From a virus (Duplodnaviria > Caudoviricetes): a DNA stretch of 60,180 nt. The notes under the pieces were generated by a model. The model saw only the letters and a program-made list of their open reading frames with translations, made no database searches and had not been told where the DNA came from. The DNA lies in IMG/VR virus record IMGVR_UViG_3300046005_001206, positions 1-60,180 of that record; one strand, written 5' to 3'. A program made the translations under genes and the position numbers. Positions 9,991-19,623 of the stretch are shown piece after piece; the first letter of the stretch is position 1; every line of letters begins with the position of its first letter.

Positions 9991-11137
9991 ATATTATGAC
10001 GAGTACATCCGATATTTCTATCTAGCAAAAGATCAGCAAGCCAAGTGTAATCTTGGTTCTGTTCCATACCTCGAATCAAATATGAACGACGACCTTCTCG
10101 AGAACGTAGAGCTCTATGACGTCGTCGAACGTAAGTTTGCGGGCTTCTCACAAATCGTCAATGACGTGTTTTATGGTTGGACTCCTGAACATCCTTATTG
10201 GGAGAAGATGGAGAAAGGTCATCACACATACCAACGTAAGACGATTGCCACCGACTGGACAGGAAAGCAATCGGACTTTCAACTTGCAGAATGGCTCTAC
10301 GTCTTTCTTCTCCATCGTGTGACTGGTTCTGGTATCAACTACTCAGTCAAACCTTCAGGTTATTCGAACACGGTTCTTCCGCATCTCTACAAGTTTAAAA
10401 CTATCGAAGAGATGACGCGGTTCATCAACGTTTATCCATATCCATTCTACACTTCAGTAGGTTATCAGTTTCCTTCCTTTCCAAAGCCGAAGCCAGGTTA
10501 CAAGAGAGGTGGAGACTATTACCTTTCTGAATATGCGCCGCGTCTTTGTCGAGAAATGGCAGAGTGGCTCGAAGGTAATAATCAAAAGAAAGATCTCCGC
10601 GAAATCGGAGAATGGATGTTTGACTGGAATACCAAGAATGGACTTCGTGTTTATCGATTCCAGTATGCGGCATTCGTCGCAGATATCGCAGATTGGTTTC
10701 CACAATATGTCAATCTTGAAAGCCCATTCTATTATGGTACAAATGCTGTCGAGTGCATCTCATATCTGGCAAACAACACTGATAAGTTGCAAAAAGAAAA
10801 GTTCCTCGATAAGGTAATGGAGAAGATCTATGCAGACACAGGTGCGTTCCCCTACAATGCAGAAGATGTATGTTGCGACTTTATCCGATGGGTCGAGAAC
10901 TATGTCAAGCCAGGATCAGGATATAACCATCTTTGCTTTGATTCCGTCTGGTCTTCTTGCAGAATTAAAGATCACCCATATGGAAGACAGCGAGCGATGC
11001 TGGATCTGGGCTTAGTTCGAACATTCAATGGCATGACAAACCATCCATCCGACGATACTGTTCTCAAGCAAGTTGGCATGAGCGTAGCAGACTATAAGGA
11101 AAAAGTCAATGAATATGTTAACGCAGCTGCTCGGTGA
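9977..11137 (+). CDS. Putative amino acid:DNA transferase (aGPT-Pplase-like) 1
   Basis: C-terminal EDVCCDFIRW resembles the E..LC...KY end of aGPT-Pplase proteins; modification-operon context. Confidence 0.55.
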   Translation: MELTEYYDEYIRYFYLAKDQQAKCNLGSVPYLESNMNDDLLENVELYDVVERKFAGFSQIVNDVFYGWTPEHPYWEKMEKGHHTYQRKTIATDWTGKQSDFQLAEWLYVFLLHRVTGSGINYSVKPSGYSNTVLPHLYKFKTIEEMTRFINVYPYPFYTSVGYQFPSFPKPKPGYKRGGDYYLSEYAPRLCREMAEWLEGNNQKKDLREIGEWMFDWNTKNGLRVYRFQYAAFVADIADWFPQYVNLESPFYYGTNAVECISYLANNTDKLQKEKFLDKVMEKIYADTGAFPYNAEDVCCDFIRWVENYVKPGSGYNHLCFDSVWSSCRIKDHPYGRQRAMLDLGLVRTFNGMTNHPSDDTVLKQVGMSVADYKEKVNEYVNAAAR

Positions 11138-12116
11138 GCATGAATTTGATATTGAATATCCTAACATTGCCGAAGTCGAGTATGACGACAAAGGCAAACC
11201 GAAACAATCATGGATGAAAGATTGGACTCAAGAAGAGAGGACCGAAAAGTTCTTTGAGTTCTGTCGTGAGTATGACTTGCGCCGTGACTCGCTTCTTCGT
11301 GATAACTATCAACAGTTCAGCCATCGTCTCCATTGGCATGAGTGTCCGTTCGTTGATGAGATTGCCAAAGAGAACGACTTTCAAACAATACTTGAAGCAT
11401 GTCTGATCTTCTCTTTTAGTAACGAGCATTGGAAAACTTTTCGAGCGTGGCAAACCGGTGGTCCAAAAGCCATGCGCACTCGATTTATATCTGAACGACA
11501 TGCTCGCTCAGATCTTTTTCAAATTTACTATCCGAAAGACACAAGCGTAAAAGATTGGCTGTGTGAAGTTCCTACATTATTTGCAGAAAGACATGCCGAA
11601 AGGTTGTTTGCAAAAATCAATCGACCTTATACAATGATGGAGTTCGCAAAGAAACTTAATCAAATTTTTGTCGAGGAATTTGGCTTTCGTAATGCCATGT
11701 ATCCTTGTAAGAATGCGGCTCGACATGTCGCGATGACTCATCCAAACTGGGTGGATCCTGATTCGTTTCTTCATGGTGGTACAGGCTACTTCGATGGACT
11801 GAGTCAAGTGTTCGATTGTCCAAACCTCATGAGTAAGAGTAAGTACGAGATCAACGAGTTCGGCGAGTATATCGCTTTGAATGATGCGGCGAAGATGCAA
11901 GTCGAGCATATGGATTACCTCAAAGCTCATCCATCAAATCCCATTCATACGCACAACTATCTCAACCTTGAAGATAAGCTATGCATGCATTATAAATATA
12001 TGGCAGTCAAGCTTGGCGTGAAGTCGCAAACGATGCAAATCCCATATGATTGGGTATATCCCATTGAATGGTCTCTCAAAACAAATAGATATGATAGGCT
12101 GATGAATGGCGCATAA
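11109..12116 (+). CDS. Putative amino acid:DNA transferase (aGPT-Pplase-like) 2
   Basis: GGTG..GL and LEDKLCMHYKY motifs; apparent distant paralog of the upstream gene. Confidence 0.55.
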   Translation: MNMLTQLLGEHEFDIEYPNIAEVEYDDKGKPKQSWMKDWTQEERTEKFFEFCREYDLRRDSLLRDNYQQFSHRLHWHECPFVDEIAKENDFQTILEACLIFSFSNEHWKTFRAWQTGGPKAMRTRFISERHARSDLFQIYYPKDTSVKDWLCEVPTLFAERHAERLFAKINRPYTMMEFAKKLNQIFVEEFGFRNAMYPCKNAARHVAMTHPNWVDPDSFLHGGTGYFDGLSQVFDCPNLMSKSKYEINEFGEYIALNDAAKMQVEHMDYLKAHPSNPIHTHNYLNLEDKLCMHYKYMAVKLGVKSQTMQIPYDWVYPIEWSLKTNRYDRLMNGA

Positions 12117-13008
12117 TAAACATGTCACCGACGGTGTGAACAAAGACGTAGGCATTTACGGTTGGGAAAAAGCCAGAGAGTATTACCTCAACCTTGCCGA
12201 GACATGGACTGATCCATATCCTGATCCAGTCATAACAGTACACGATGGCATTCGTTGTGTACGAGATGATTTGATTACAGGAACGAAGGTTCGCGGCGGT
12301 GATTGTCTACTCTCTAGAATCAATCAGTCGACGATCGTGTATGTGCAACCTCGCACCGGACTCGCTGGCGTTTCTCTTCTCGATGTAGCAAAACGCCACA
12401 ACAAGAAGGTGAAGTTGTTTATGCCTTCTTCACAAACAATTTCTCATCATCAGGCATGCTGCATCGAACAAGGCGCAGATGTCGAGTTTCATCGCATCGC
12501 TGCGATGCCAAATCTGAACAAGATTGCCAAAGATTGGGCAGATTCTCAAGAAGATGCATTCTTCGTTCCACTCGGTCTGAAGCACGAGTTAGTCACTGCT
12601 GGTATCGTGAAGGCTGCATCGAAGATCGAAGCACCTGATGAGGTGTATGTAGCCATCTCGACGGGTGTTCTGTCACGTGCAATGCAAATCGCATGGCCAA
12701 ATGCCAAGTTCCACTCAGTTGCAGTGTCTCGTAACCTAAAAGCAGGCGAACTCGGTCGAGCTGAAGTCATCTCTGAACCGATGCCATTTCAGCAGAGCGA
12801 GAAGGCAGAAAATCTTCCACCTTTTCCTTGCATAGATACTTACGATGGCAAGGTTTGGAAATATATTCCAAAGAATACTGGTAAGAATATATTGTTTTGG
12901 AATGTTGGCAAACAACCGGTACTCAATGATCCTACGATATATGATCGCGTAAATAGTTACCGTGATTGGCTAAAAAATGATGTACAATATAGGCAACTTG
13001 ATATATAA
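12106..13008 (+). CDS. PLP-dependent enzyme, fold type II (Trp synthase beta/Cys synthase-like)
   Basis: VRDDLITGTKVRG Schiff-base Lys motif, STGVLS, YDGK, LFWNVG. Confidence 0.75.
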   Translation: MAHNKHVTDGVNKDVGIYGWEKAREYYLNLAETWTDPYPDPVITVHDGIRCVRDDLITGTKVRGGDCLLSRINQSTIVYVQPRTGLAGVSLLDVAKRHNKKVKLFMPSSQTISHHQACCIEQGADVEFHRIAAMPNLNKIAKDWADSQEDAFFVPLGLKHELVTAGIVKAASKIEAPDEVYVAISTGVLSRAMQIAWPNAKFHSVAVSRNLKAGELGRAEVISEPMPFQQSEKAENLPPFPCIDTYDGKVWKYIPKNTGKNILFWNVGKQPVLNDPTIYDRVNSYRDWLKNDVQYRQLDI

Positions 13009-13016
13009 GGGATAAT

Positions 13017-14045
13017 ATGAACATATTACTCACATCCCCATTCACTCCCGTTTCTTCCAACATTCATTCGCATCGAGCAGCGCAGGCTGCCATCTATGCG
13101 GAGCAGTTGAGTAGTTTAGGTAAAGTCCATCTCGATCGCACTGGAGACATTCATCCAGAGCCAGCATCGTTCGATCAAGCCTATACTTATCATGGCAATG
13201 ATTGGTTTGGCTCTCTAAACCTTTTCGGAGGCATGAAAAATTATAGTAATATCGATAAGCTAATTCGATACTCGAATCTAAAGGCTCCTGTCTATTCATT
13301 ATGGATCGATCATCCGAAGTACAGCGAGATGTTAAAGCCTCGACTTGATGGTGATATCCATCCTGATTGGCATCTTGTTGATTGGGAAAATCTAAAGAAG
13401 ATTGAAGATACTGCCATTACAGTCCGCGAAATTGAAACTACGAATCGAGCAATTGCTGGAGATAGTCATGCCATTTGCATGTATCGTCCAACTTGGTTTG
13501 TCAATTCTGTTCCATTTAAAACTTTGCACGGTGCATTGAAAGAAGGTCTACAAACTTTCATCGAACCACATCACAAGATCGCAGAGTTTTATTTCGGTAA
13601 CATCGACGTACGTCATCACCTTAATCGCTTGCCAAATATGGAACAAAGGACTCGTAATTTGGCAAATAGATATCATGAACAGTTGGTATCTCTCGATCTT
13701 GAAGAAGTATCAGCGTATGAACTTCTTCCAATCGAAAACGAATCTCGAATTCTTCCAAAGACCGGTTACTATAAAGGCTCACCATTCTACGGATCATGGG
13801 AACAACGCAATAAAGCTCGTCTTATCTTTAAGGATGAGATGAAGAATCTTTGTGCGAAGAGTAGAGTAAACTTTATTGATTGGGTAGATCCTTTACTCAA
13901 CAATAGCGGTGAGCTCGACTTTGAATGCATGGAAAAACCGAAGTCTGTACACCTCTCTCGAAATTCTTATCCGCACTGGCAAGGTCGCAAATGGAGTGGA
14001 TTATCTGAAAACAAACCCGCAACTCTAGAGGATTTCTTTGCATGA
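13017..14045 (+). CDS. Hypothetical protein with SGNH-like C-terminal half
   Basis: GDSH, FGNID and SVHL resemble SGNH blocks. Confidence 0.5.
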   Translation: MNILLTSPFTPVSSNIHSHRAAQAAIYAEQLSSLGKVHLDRTGDIHPEPASFDQAYTYHGNDWFGSLNLFGGMKNYSNIDKLIRYSNLKAPVYSLWIDHPKYSEMLKPRLDGDIHPDWHLVDWENLKKIEDTAITVREIETTNRAIAGDSHAICMYRPTWFVNSVPFKTLHGALKEGLQTFIEPHHKIAEFYFGNIDVRHHLNRLPNMEQRTRNLANRYHEQLVSLDLEEVSAYELLPIENESRILPKTGYYKGSPFYGSWEQRNKARLIFKDEMKNLCAKSRVNFIDWVDPLLNNSGELDFECMEKPKSVHLSRNSYPHWQGRKWSGLSENKPATLEDFFA

Positions 14046-14440
14046 AAACAAGTAAGTATATAATGAATGAACACGATGATAATACAATATCGATTACTGA
14101 AGCAGTAGAGAATCTTTCGGCCACACGCACAAATTTTATTCCAGAAATTACAGCGAAGCATCTCAGTGTGTATAAATATAATGAAGGCGAATCTCTGAAG
14201 GAGATCCAGTCTTACATCGATGCTACTTACGAGCAGCACTATTCCCGAAATAAATATCAAGCAACAGAATTCATCATTGACGCTGGTCATGGAACTGGTT
14301 TCAATATCGGGAATATGATGAAGTACACTCAACGATACGGTCGTAAGGGTGATCCCGCCGAATGGCGAAAGGACCTGATGAAGGTTATCCACTACGCAAT
14401 TATGCAACTCCACGTTCATGATACTGAAAATAAGGATTAA
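14042..14440 (+). CDS. DUF3310-like protein
   Basis: HY, GFNIGNMMKYTQRYGRKG, DLMKVIHY. Confidence 0.7.
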   Translation: MKTSKYIMNEHDDNTISITEAVENLSATRTNFIPEITAKHLSVYKYNEGESLKEIQSYIDATYEQHYSRNKYQATEFIIDAGHGTGFNIGNMMKYTQRYGRKGDPAEWRKDLMKVIHYAIMQLHVHDTENKD

Positions 14441-14449
14441 GGATTAATT

Positions 14450-15424
14450 ATGGGTATTGAAATTAATGTTCCAATGGAAGAGCTCAGAAAGCGCAAGCTC
14501 TTCATCGCTACACCAATGTATGGCGGTCAATGCGCAGGCATGTTTACACGTTCGATTGCCGATCTCTCGGCTCTCTGCACCCACTACGGAATCCAAGTCA
14601 GATTCTACTTTCTCTTCAACGAATCACTAATTACTCGAGCACGCAACTATTGTGCCGACGAGTTCATGCGCTCAGGCGATACGCACTTGATGTTCATCGA
14701 CTCAGACATTGGATTTAATCCGAACGACGTGATCGCTCTTCTCGCTCTGCAGAATCCAGATGTAGCAGAAGACAAATATGACATCATCGCTGGTCCATAT
14801 CCAAAGAAGTGCATCAGCTGGGAAAAGATCAAGCTTGCTGTCGATAAGGGTATGGCTGACGAGAATCCAAATGATCTTGAAAAGTTTGTCGGCGACTACG
14901 TCTTCAATCCGACAGGTGAAACTCGTGAAATTCCTCTCGGCCAACCAGTCGAAGTGCTTGAATCTGGTACTGGATTCATGATGATTCGTCGTCAAACCTT
15001 TGAGAAGTTTCAAGAAGCATATCCTCAACAGTTCTACAAGCCAGATCATGTTCGTACAGAACACTTCGACGGCAGTCGCGAGATCATGGCTTACTTCGAT
15101 ACGCCGATCGATCATAAGCGTACGAATATCAATGCTGAGCTTGAAGAATACTTGAAAAAGAATCCAAAAGCAAAAGCTTCTGATATCGTAGACTTTGTCA
15201 AAGATCCGAACAATGGTTTGTTGAAGGACTACTCGAAGCGTTATCTTTCAGAAGATTACATGTTCTGTCAGTGGGTTCGTAATGCTGGAATGAAAGTATG
15301 GCTCTGCCCGTGGATGGAACTGAAGCACGTTGGTTCTTATGTCTTCGGTGGTTCTCTACCAGATATTGCACGAATTGGTGCTGCAGCAACAGCAGATCCT
15401 TCTGCACTCGGTAAAAACAAATAA
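14450..15424 (+). CDS. GT-A fold glycosyltransferase-like protein
   Basis: IATPMYGG, ESLITRARN, LMFIDSD (DxD), GTGFMMI, LSEDYMFC. Confidence 0.75.
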   Translation: MGIEINVPMEELRKRKLFIATPMYGGQCAGMFTRSIADLSALCTHYGIQVRFYFLFNESLITRARNYCADEFMRSGDTHLMFIDSDIGFNPNDVIALLALQNPDVAEDKYDIIAGPYPKKCISWEKIKLAVDKGMADENPNDLEKFVGDYVFNPTGETREIPLGQPVEVLESGTGFMMIRRQTFEKFQEAYPQQFYKPDHVRTEHFDGSREIMAYFDTPIDHKRTNINAELEEYLKKNPKAKASDIVDFVKDPNNGLLKDYSKRYLSEDYMFCQWVRNAGMKVWLCPWMELKHVGSYVFGGSLPDIARIGAAATADPSALGKNK

Positions 15425-15482
15425 GTGTACAATTAATACAAACCTTGGTATATTGAATATTCCGAACATATGGAGATTTATT

Positions 15483-16142
15483 ATGAAATTAGATAATGAT
15501 ACGTTGCAAGTACTCAAGAACTTCTCGGCTATCAACAAGAATATTATGTTCAAGCCTGGAAATGTGATCCGTACTATTTCGAGTACAAAATCTGTTCTTG
15601 CGAAAGCAATAATTAAACAAGACTTCGAGAAGGGTTTTGCCGTATATGACCTCTCACGGTTTATCGGCACTCTCTCCTTGTTTAATGATCCTGAGATTGA
15701 AATCAAGGATTCGTACGTCGAACTCATCGAAGGCAACAATCGGTTTCAGTACGCTGTCACTGATCCTTCGCTGATCATCGTTCCTCCTGATCGCGAGATT
15801 GAGTTGCCAAATCCTGAAGTCAACTGTTTGATTTCAGAAGAGGCACTCAATCGAGTGATGAAGGCTTTGGCAGTTTCTCAGTTGCCTGAGATTGCCATTG
15901 TCGGTAAGAACGGCAAGATCTTGCTTCAAGCAGTCGATACACGTGGCACTAGCAACGATTCGTTTAGCATCGAAGTTGGTGAAACTGAAGCTCGCTTCCG
16001 TATGGTATTCCGTTCGGATTGCATGAAGTTGATTCCAGGTTCTTATGACGTATCAATCTCTTCGAAGGGATTGAGTCATTGGAAAGGTGCTAGCGTAGAG
16101 TATTGGATTGCTGTTGAGTCCAACTCGGCGTTCGAGGCTTGA
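15483..16142 (+). CDS. gp45: Sliding clamp gp45
   Basis: MKL...LKNFSAIN, YDLSRF, YWIAVE; 45-44-62-regA order; early promoter at 15426. Confidence 0.92.
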   Translation: MKLDNDTLQVLKNFSAINKNIMFKPGNVIRTISSTKSVLAKAIIKQDFEKGFAVYDLSRFIGTLSLFNDPEIEIKDSYVELIEGNNRFQYAVTDPSLIIVPPDREIELPNPEVNCLISEEALNRVMKALAVSQLPEIAIVGKNGKILLQAVDTRGTSNDSFSIEVGETEARFRMVFRSDCMKLIPGSYDVSISSKGLSHWKGASVEYWIAVESNSAFEA

Positions 16143-16146
16143 TTTG

Positions 16147-16178
16147 AATGGGCGGTGTTTCGGCATCGCCCATTTTTT
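16147..16178 (+). terminator. Rho-independent terminator
   Basis: ATGGGCGGTG-TTTCGG-CATCGCCCAT followed by T-run. Confidence 0.75.
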
Positions 16179-16194
16179 GTGACGGAGATATATT

Positions 16195-17130
16195 ATGCTT
16201 GAAGATTTTTTGTGGGTCGAGAAGTATCGCCCAAAGACCGTATCCGACACTATCCTGACTGACGAATTGAAGAAGACATTTCAACAGTTCGTCGATCAAA
16301 AGAACATTCCTAACCTCATTCTCTCTGGTACCGCAGGTGTTGGTAAGACAACTGTGGCCAAAGCCATGTGCGAAGAACTCCAATGTGACTACATCGTTAT
16401 CAACGGTTCGATGAATGGCAACATCGACATGTTACGTAACGACATCTCGCAGTTTGCTAGCTCTGTCTCTTTGATGGGTGGCAGAAAGATGGTCATCCTC
16501 GACGAAGCCGACTATCTCAATCCTCAGTCCACTCAGCCAGCTCTTCGTAACTTTATGGAAGAGTTTAGTGCCAACTGTGGGTTTATTCTGACTTGCAACT
16601 TCGTTGATCGTATCATCGAGCCTCTTCATTCTCGTTGCTCTGTGATCAAGTTCAAGATTCCAAAGTCAGAACTCCCTTCTCTTGCAAAACAATTCATGCA
16701 ACGAGTGTGTGGTATTCTTGACACTGAAGGTGTAGAATACGAGAAGCCAGTGGTTGCCGAAGTGATCAAGTCTCACTTTCCTGATTGGCGCCGAGTGATC
16801 AATGAGTTGCAGCGTTACAGTGCGACTGGTAAGATCGACACTGGTATCCTACGCAACTTCTCTGACAATGCACTCGCCAAGCTGATCGGTTACATGAAAG
16901 ACAAGAACTTTACAGCCGTACGTAAGTGGCTTGGAGAGTCTGACATTGAACCAACAGAATTCTTTCGTGCCTTCTTCGATAAGGCCGAGGATTATATCGG
17001 CAAAGGTAGCATGCCTCAACTCGTACTTCATCTCGCAAAGTATCAGTATCAGAATGCATTCGCTGCGGATCCTGAGATCAACCTCATGGCATGTCTCACC
17101 GAGATCATGGCTGACTGCGAGTTTCTGTGA
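16195..17130 (+). CDS. gp44: Clamp loader large subunit gp44
   Basis: WVEKYRP, GTAGVGKT, DEAD, SRC motifs. Confidence 0.95.
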   Translation: MLEDFLWVEKYRPKTVSDTILTDELKKTFQQFVDQKNIPNLILSGTAGVGKTTVAKAMCEELQCDYIVINGSMNGNIDMLRNDISQFASSVSLMGGRKMVILDEADYLNPQSTQPALRNFMEEFSANCGFILTCNFVDRIIEPLHSRCSVIKFKIPKSELPSLAKQFMQRVCGILDTEGVEYEKPVVAEVIKSHFPDWRRVINELQRYSATGKIDTGILRNFSDNALAKLIGYMKDKNFTAVRKWLGESDIEPTEFFRAFFDKAEDYIGKGSMPQLVLHLAKYQYQNAFAADPEINLMACLTEIMADCEFL

Positions 17131-17375
17131 TTTGGTTCAATCGAAATAAGACATGCGCCGTATGTGAAGATAAGTATCTCAAGAGCGTACCATTCCATGA
17201 AATGCAGGTAAATACTGATGAAGGTGTGGTTTCTCTTGAGATTTGTGATAAGTGTGCAGACTTCTTTGATAAGTCTGCTGACGTGATAATGAAAGGCCGC
17301 AAAGATGAAACCGTTCGACTTCGTGACATCGATCAACTCGACCAAGAAGAACCTGATGAAAGGTACGGAGAATGA
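17127..17375 (+). CDS. Hypothetical protein with two CxxC pairs
   Basis: CAVC...CDKC; overlaps the gp62 start. Confidence 0.5.
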   Translation: MIWFNRNKTCAVCEDKYLKSVPFHEMQVNTDEGVVSLEICDKCADFFDKSADVIMKGRKDETVRLRDIDQLDQEEPDERYGE

Positions 17376-17691
17376 TGCTCTTGCCGAGAAGACATATAGT
17401 CCTTGGCTAACGAATCGTTCTCTGTCCTACTTTGCGGATAGTATCCATGCCGCCAACATGATGAATTGTAACCATAATCTCGATAACAAACTGCAATATT
17501 CCTTTTTGATAAATATCATACGACCTAGCAAACGCTTTGCGAAGTGGGTGAAAAAAGAAAAGGATGGAGATCTCGAAGCGGTTGCAGAATATTATGGTTA
17601 TAACCGCCGCGCTGCCAAGGCAGCTCTTGATATCCTCTCCTCTGAACATATAAAAATAATAAAGAAAAAGATTCAGAAGGGTGAAACATGA
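17305..17691 (+). CDS. gp62: Clamp loader small subunit gp62
   Basis: PFDFVTSIN, NRSLSYF, KRFAKW, EYYGYN. Confidence 0.9.
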   Translation: MKPFDFVTSINSTKKNLMKGTENDALAEKTYSPWLTNRSLSYFADSIHAANMMNCNHNLDNKLQYSFLINIIRPSKRFAKWVKKEKDGDLEAVAEYYGYNRRAAKAALDILSSEHIKIIKKKIQKGET

Positions 17692-18083
17692 ATATTTTAG
17701 AAACTTTAGTTGAAGTGAGGCTTGGAGAAGAAGACGATTTCCTAAAAGTCCGCGAGACTCTGACTCGCATCGGCGTAGCTTCGCGCAAAGACAAGACACT
17801 CTATCAGTCTTGCCATATCTTACACAAACAAGGTAAATATTATATCGTCCATTTTAAAGAGCTCTTTGCTCTTGACGGTAAACCTTCCGACTTTTCCGAA
17901 GAGGATAAAGGTCGGCGAAATACGATTACCAAGTTACTCTCCGATTGGGGACTTATTGCAGTGGTCGATGTTGACAAGATCACAGATCTGCAGACTCCTT
18001 TGAATCAGATTAAGATCCTTCCATTCAAGGAAAAAAATGAATGGAGCCTTGTGACAAAATATAATATTGGTCGCAAAAAATAA
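17688..18083 (+). CDS. regA: Translational repressor RegA
   Basis: DDFLKVRETLTRIGVAS, LYQSCHILHKQGKYYIVHFKELFALDG. Confidence 0.96.
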   Translation: MNILETLVEVRLGEEDDFLKVRETLTRIGVASRKDKTLYQSCHILHKQGKYYIVHFKELFALDGKPSDFSEEDKGRRNTITKLLSDWGLIAVVDVDKITDLQTPLNQIKILPFKEKNEWSLVTKYNIGRKK

Positions 18084-18105
18084 GTCATTGATTTAAATCG
18101 AAACT

Positions 18106-18170
18106 AAAACGCACTTGGATGATTCTGAGTGCGTTTTTTTGTGTACATTATTGTCAAAACATTGTATCCT
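18106..18170 (+). promoter_or_regulatory. Stem-loop plus early promoter (PeSL-like)
   Basis: AAAACGCACTTGG...CTGAGTGCGTTTT hairpin then TGTACA-N17-TATCCT; related copy at 23377-23445. Confidence 0.7.
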
Positions 18171-18200
18171 GGGTATATGATGATGAAAAGGAAAAATACT

Positions 18201-18593
18201 ATGCTTACTCTTCATGATATTAACGCCGCCACTGGTTCAAAAGATGCTTGCATCTATTCAGATCTCTACAAGGATGTGTATGGATGCCGTCCATATAATC
18301 CTACGTTCGAGTCGGTCGAAGCATTTGATGCTCACTTCGAAGAGCTCTCGCGCCTGCTTGATAAAGAAATCCAACAAGAAGTTATTGATCAACAGATCTA
18401 CTTCGACAAGTTTGTTGCCCGCGTTGAAGAAACGATGGAAATCGTTCACGATACAACTCGTGAACGTGCGATCAAGATCATCGCCGAAGCAGAAGGCATT
18501 CGCGATGCAGATTTCGACTTCTATGGTCTCGAGATTCTTGAGCACGAATTGCGTCTCAAGTTTGGCTCAATCGCTCGGTGGTTATCAGAGTAA
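18201..18593 (+). CDS. Conserved phage hypothetical protein
   Basis: YSDLYKDVYGCRP motif; promoter and RBS upstream. Confidence 0.7.
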   Translation: MLTLHDINAATGSKDACIYSDLYKDVYGCRPYNPTFESVEAFDAHFEELSRLLDKEIQQEVIDQQIYFDKFVARVEETMEIVHDTTRERAIKIIAEAEGIRDADFDFYGLEILEHELRLKFGSIARWLSE

Positions 18594-18922
18594 TGGCTGA
18601 TCTCTCAGCTTGGTTGGACGATGATCCGATGGTGAACGATGTTCAGACTTTGTCAGAGAAGATCAGGCAGCGACGCACTCAGATGCTCGTGCATTCCTAT
18701 CTCTACTATGTGATGGATGAAAATGTCATCGACGACCATAAGTGGCAAGAATGGGCTGATGAGCTTACCGAGTTGCAGAAGCAAAAGAAGGTAATAGGAT
18801 TCTACGATAAAGCGTTCTCAGATTGGACTGGTGCCACTGGTACACATCTGCCATTCGAACCGTGGATACAAAAAAGAGCAAAAGATTTGCTCAATGCGAA
18901 AATACCGGTGTACATATTATAG
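18593..18922 (+). CDS. Stand-alone NAD-ligase domain Ia-like protein
   Basis: HSYLYYVMDENVIDDHKW resembles the LigA N-terminal Ia subdomain. Confidence 0.55.
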   Translation: MADLSAWLDDDPMVNDVQTLSEKIRQRRTQMLVHSYLYYVMDENVIDDHKWQEWADELTELQKQKKVIGFYDKAFSDWTGATGTHLPFEPWIQKRAKDLLNAKIPVYIL

Positions 18923-18962
18923 AAACTGATATAGTATGAATAATAAGCTAAGGAGATACAAC

Positions 18963-19238
18963 ATGATTGATCTAGAGAGACTGGAAGCCGACCGCGACGC
19001 CGCCCGTGTCACCTTCGACGCCTTCGACGCCATAGAGGAGTACAAACCTGCGCTAACCGCCATCGCCGCCATCGCAGTGCAAACTAAGGAGCAGACCGAG
19101 ATGACTGACCTTGAGAGACTGAAAGCCGACATGGACGCCAAGCGGGAAGCTTATGCCGTCGCCTACGCCGCATGGGACGATGCCACCTACGCCTACAGCG
19201 CCGCCCTCGCAGCGCAAGAGAAGGAAACTGAACAATGA
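18963..19238 (+). CDS. Ala-rich micro-protein (two fused MxDLERL units)
   Basis: MIDLERLEAD... in frame with MTDLERLKAD... at 19101; promoter at 18909 and AAGGAG RBS. Confidence 0.65.
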   Translation: MIDLERLEADRDAARVTFDAFDAIEEYKPALTAIAAIAVQTKEQTEMTDLERLKADMDAKREAYAVAYAAWDDATYAYSAALAAQEKETEQ

Positions 19239-19354
19239 CTAAACTCGAACTATTGAAACTCGCCGCGATGCTTTGCTTTTCGCTGCTGCTTTTTGCGGCG
19301 CTGGTTATGAGCATCCTTGCCGACTTAGGCTTTCGTTGGGGGCCGGGAGCATGA
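19235..19354 (+). CDS. 39-aa membrane micro-protein
   Basis: MTKLELLKLAAMLCFSLLLFAALVMSILADLGFRWGPGA; ATGA-coupled on both sides. Confidence 0.55.
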   Translation: MTKLELLKLAAMLCFSLLLFAALVMSILADLGFRWGPGA

Positions 19355-19419
19355 CAATCGCTTTCGACATCAAGAACCGCTTCACCGGCGCAGCGCAAGA
19401 GCAGGAGACAGACCGATGA
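19351..19419 (+). pseudogene. Truncated gene stub (pentapeptide-repeat-protein-like N-terminus)
   Basis: MTIAFDIKNRFTGA runs directly into the junction repeat (AQEQETDR*). Confidence 0.4.
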
Positions 19420-19574
19420 CTGACCTTGAGAGACTGAAGGCCGAACTCGAAGCGGCCCACGCCGACGAATCTGTGCGCCGGGCGACCCGTGATCTTGAAA
19501 AGGCCATCATGGCAAAATTGGCAGCGCGCGGTCTTGCTCCGCTGGTGCTGTATCGTAGGGAGGTTGCAGAATGA
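19416..19574 (+). CDS. 52-aa micro-protein MTDLERLKAE...
   Basis: RBS inside the repeat; ATGA coupling. Confidence 0.6.
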   Translation: MTDLERLKAELEAAHADESVRRATRDLEKAIMAKLAARGLAPLVLYRREVAE

Positions 19575-19623
19575 CCCGCGAAGTTGAGATACTGACCCGC
19601 AGCGCAAGAGCAGGAGCAGACCG

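Noticed and set aside
11991-14178. TATAAATA at 11991 and 14171 as late promoters
   Set aside because: Both lie inside coding sequence (Tyr-Lys-Tyr codons) and may be chance; not called without TSS data
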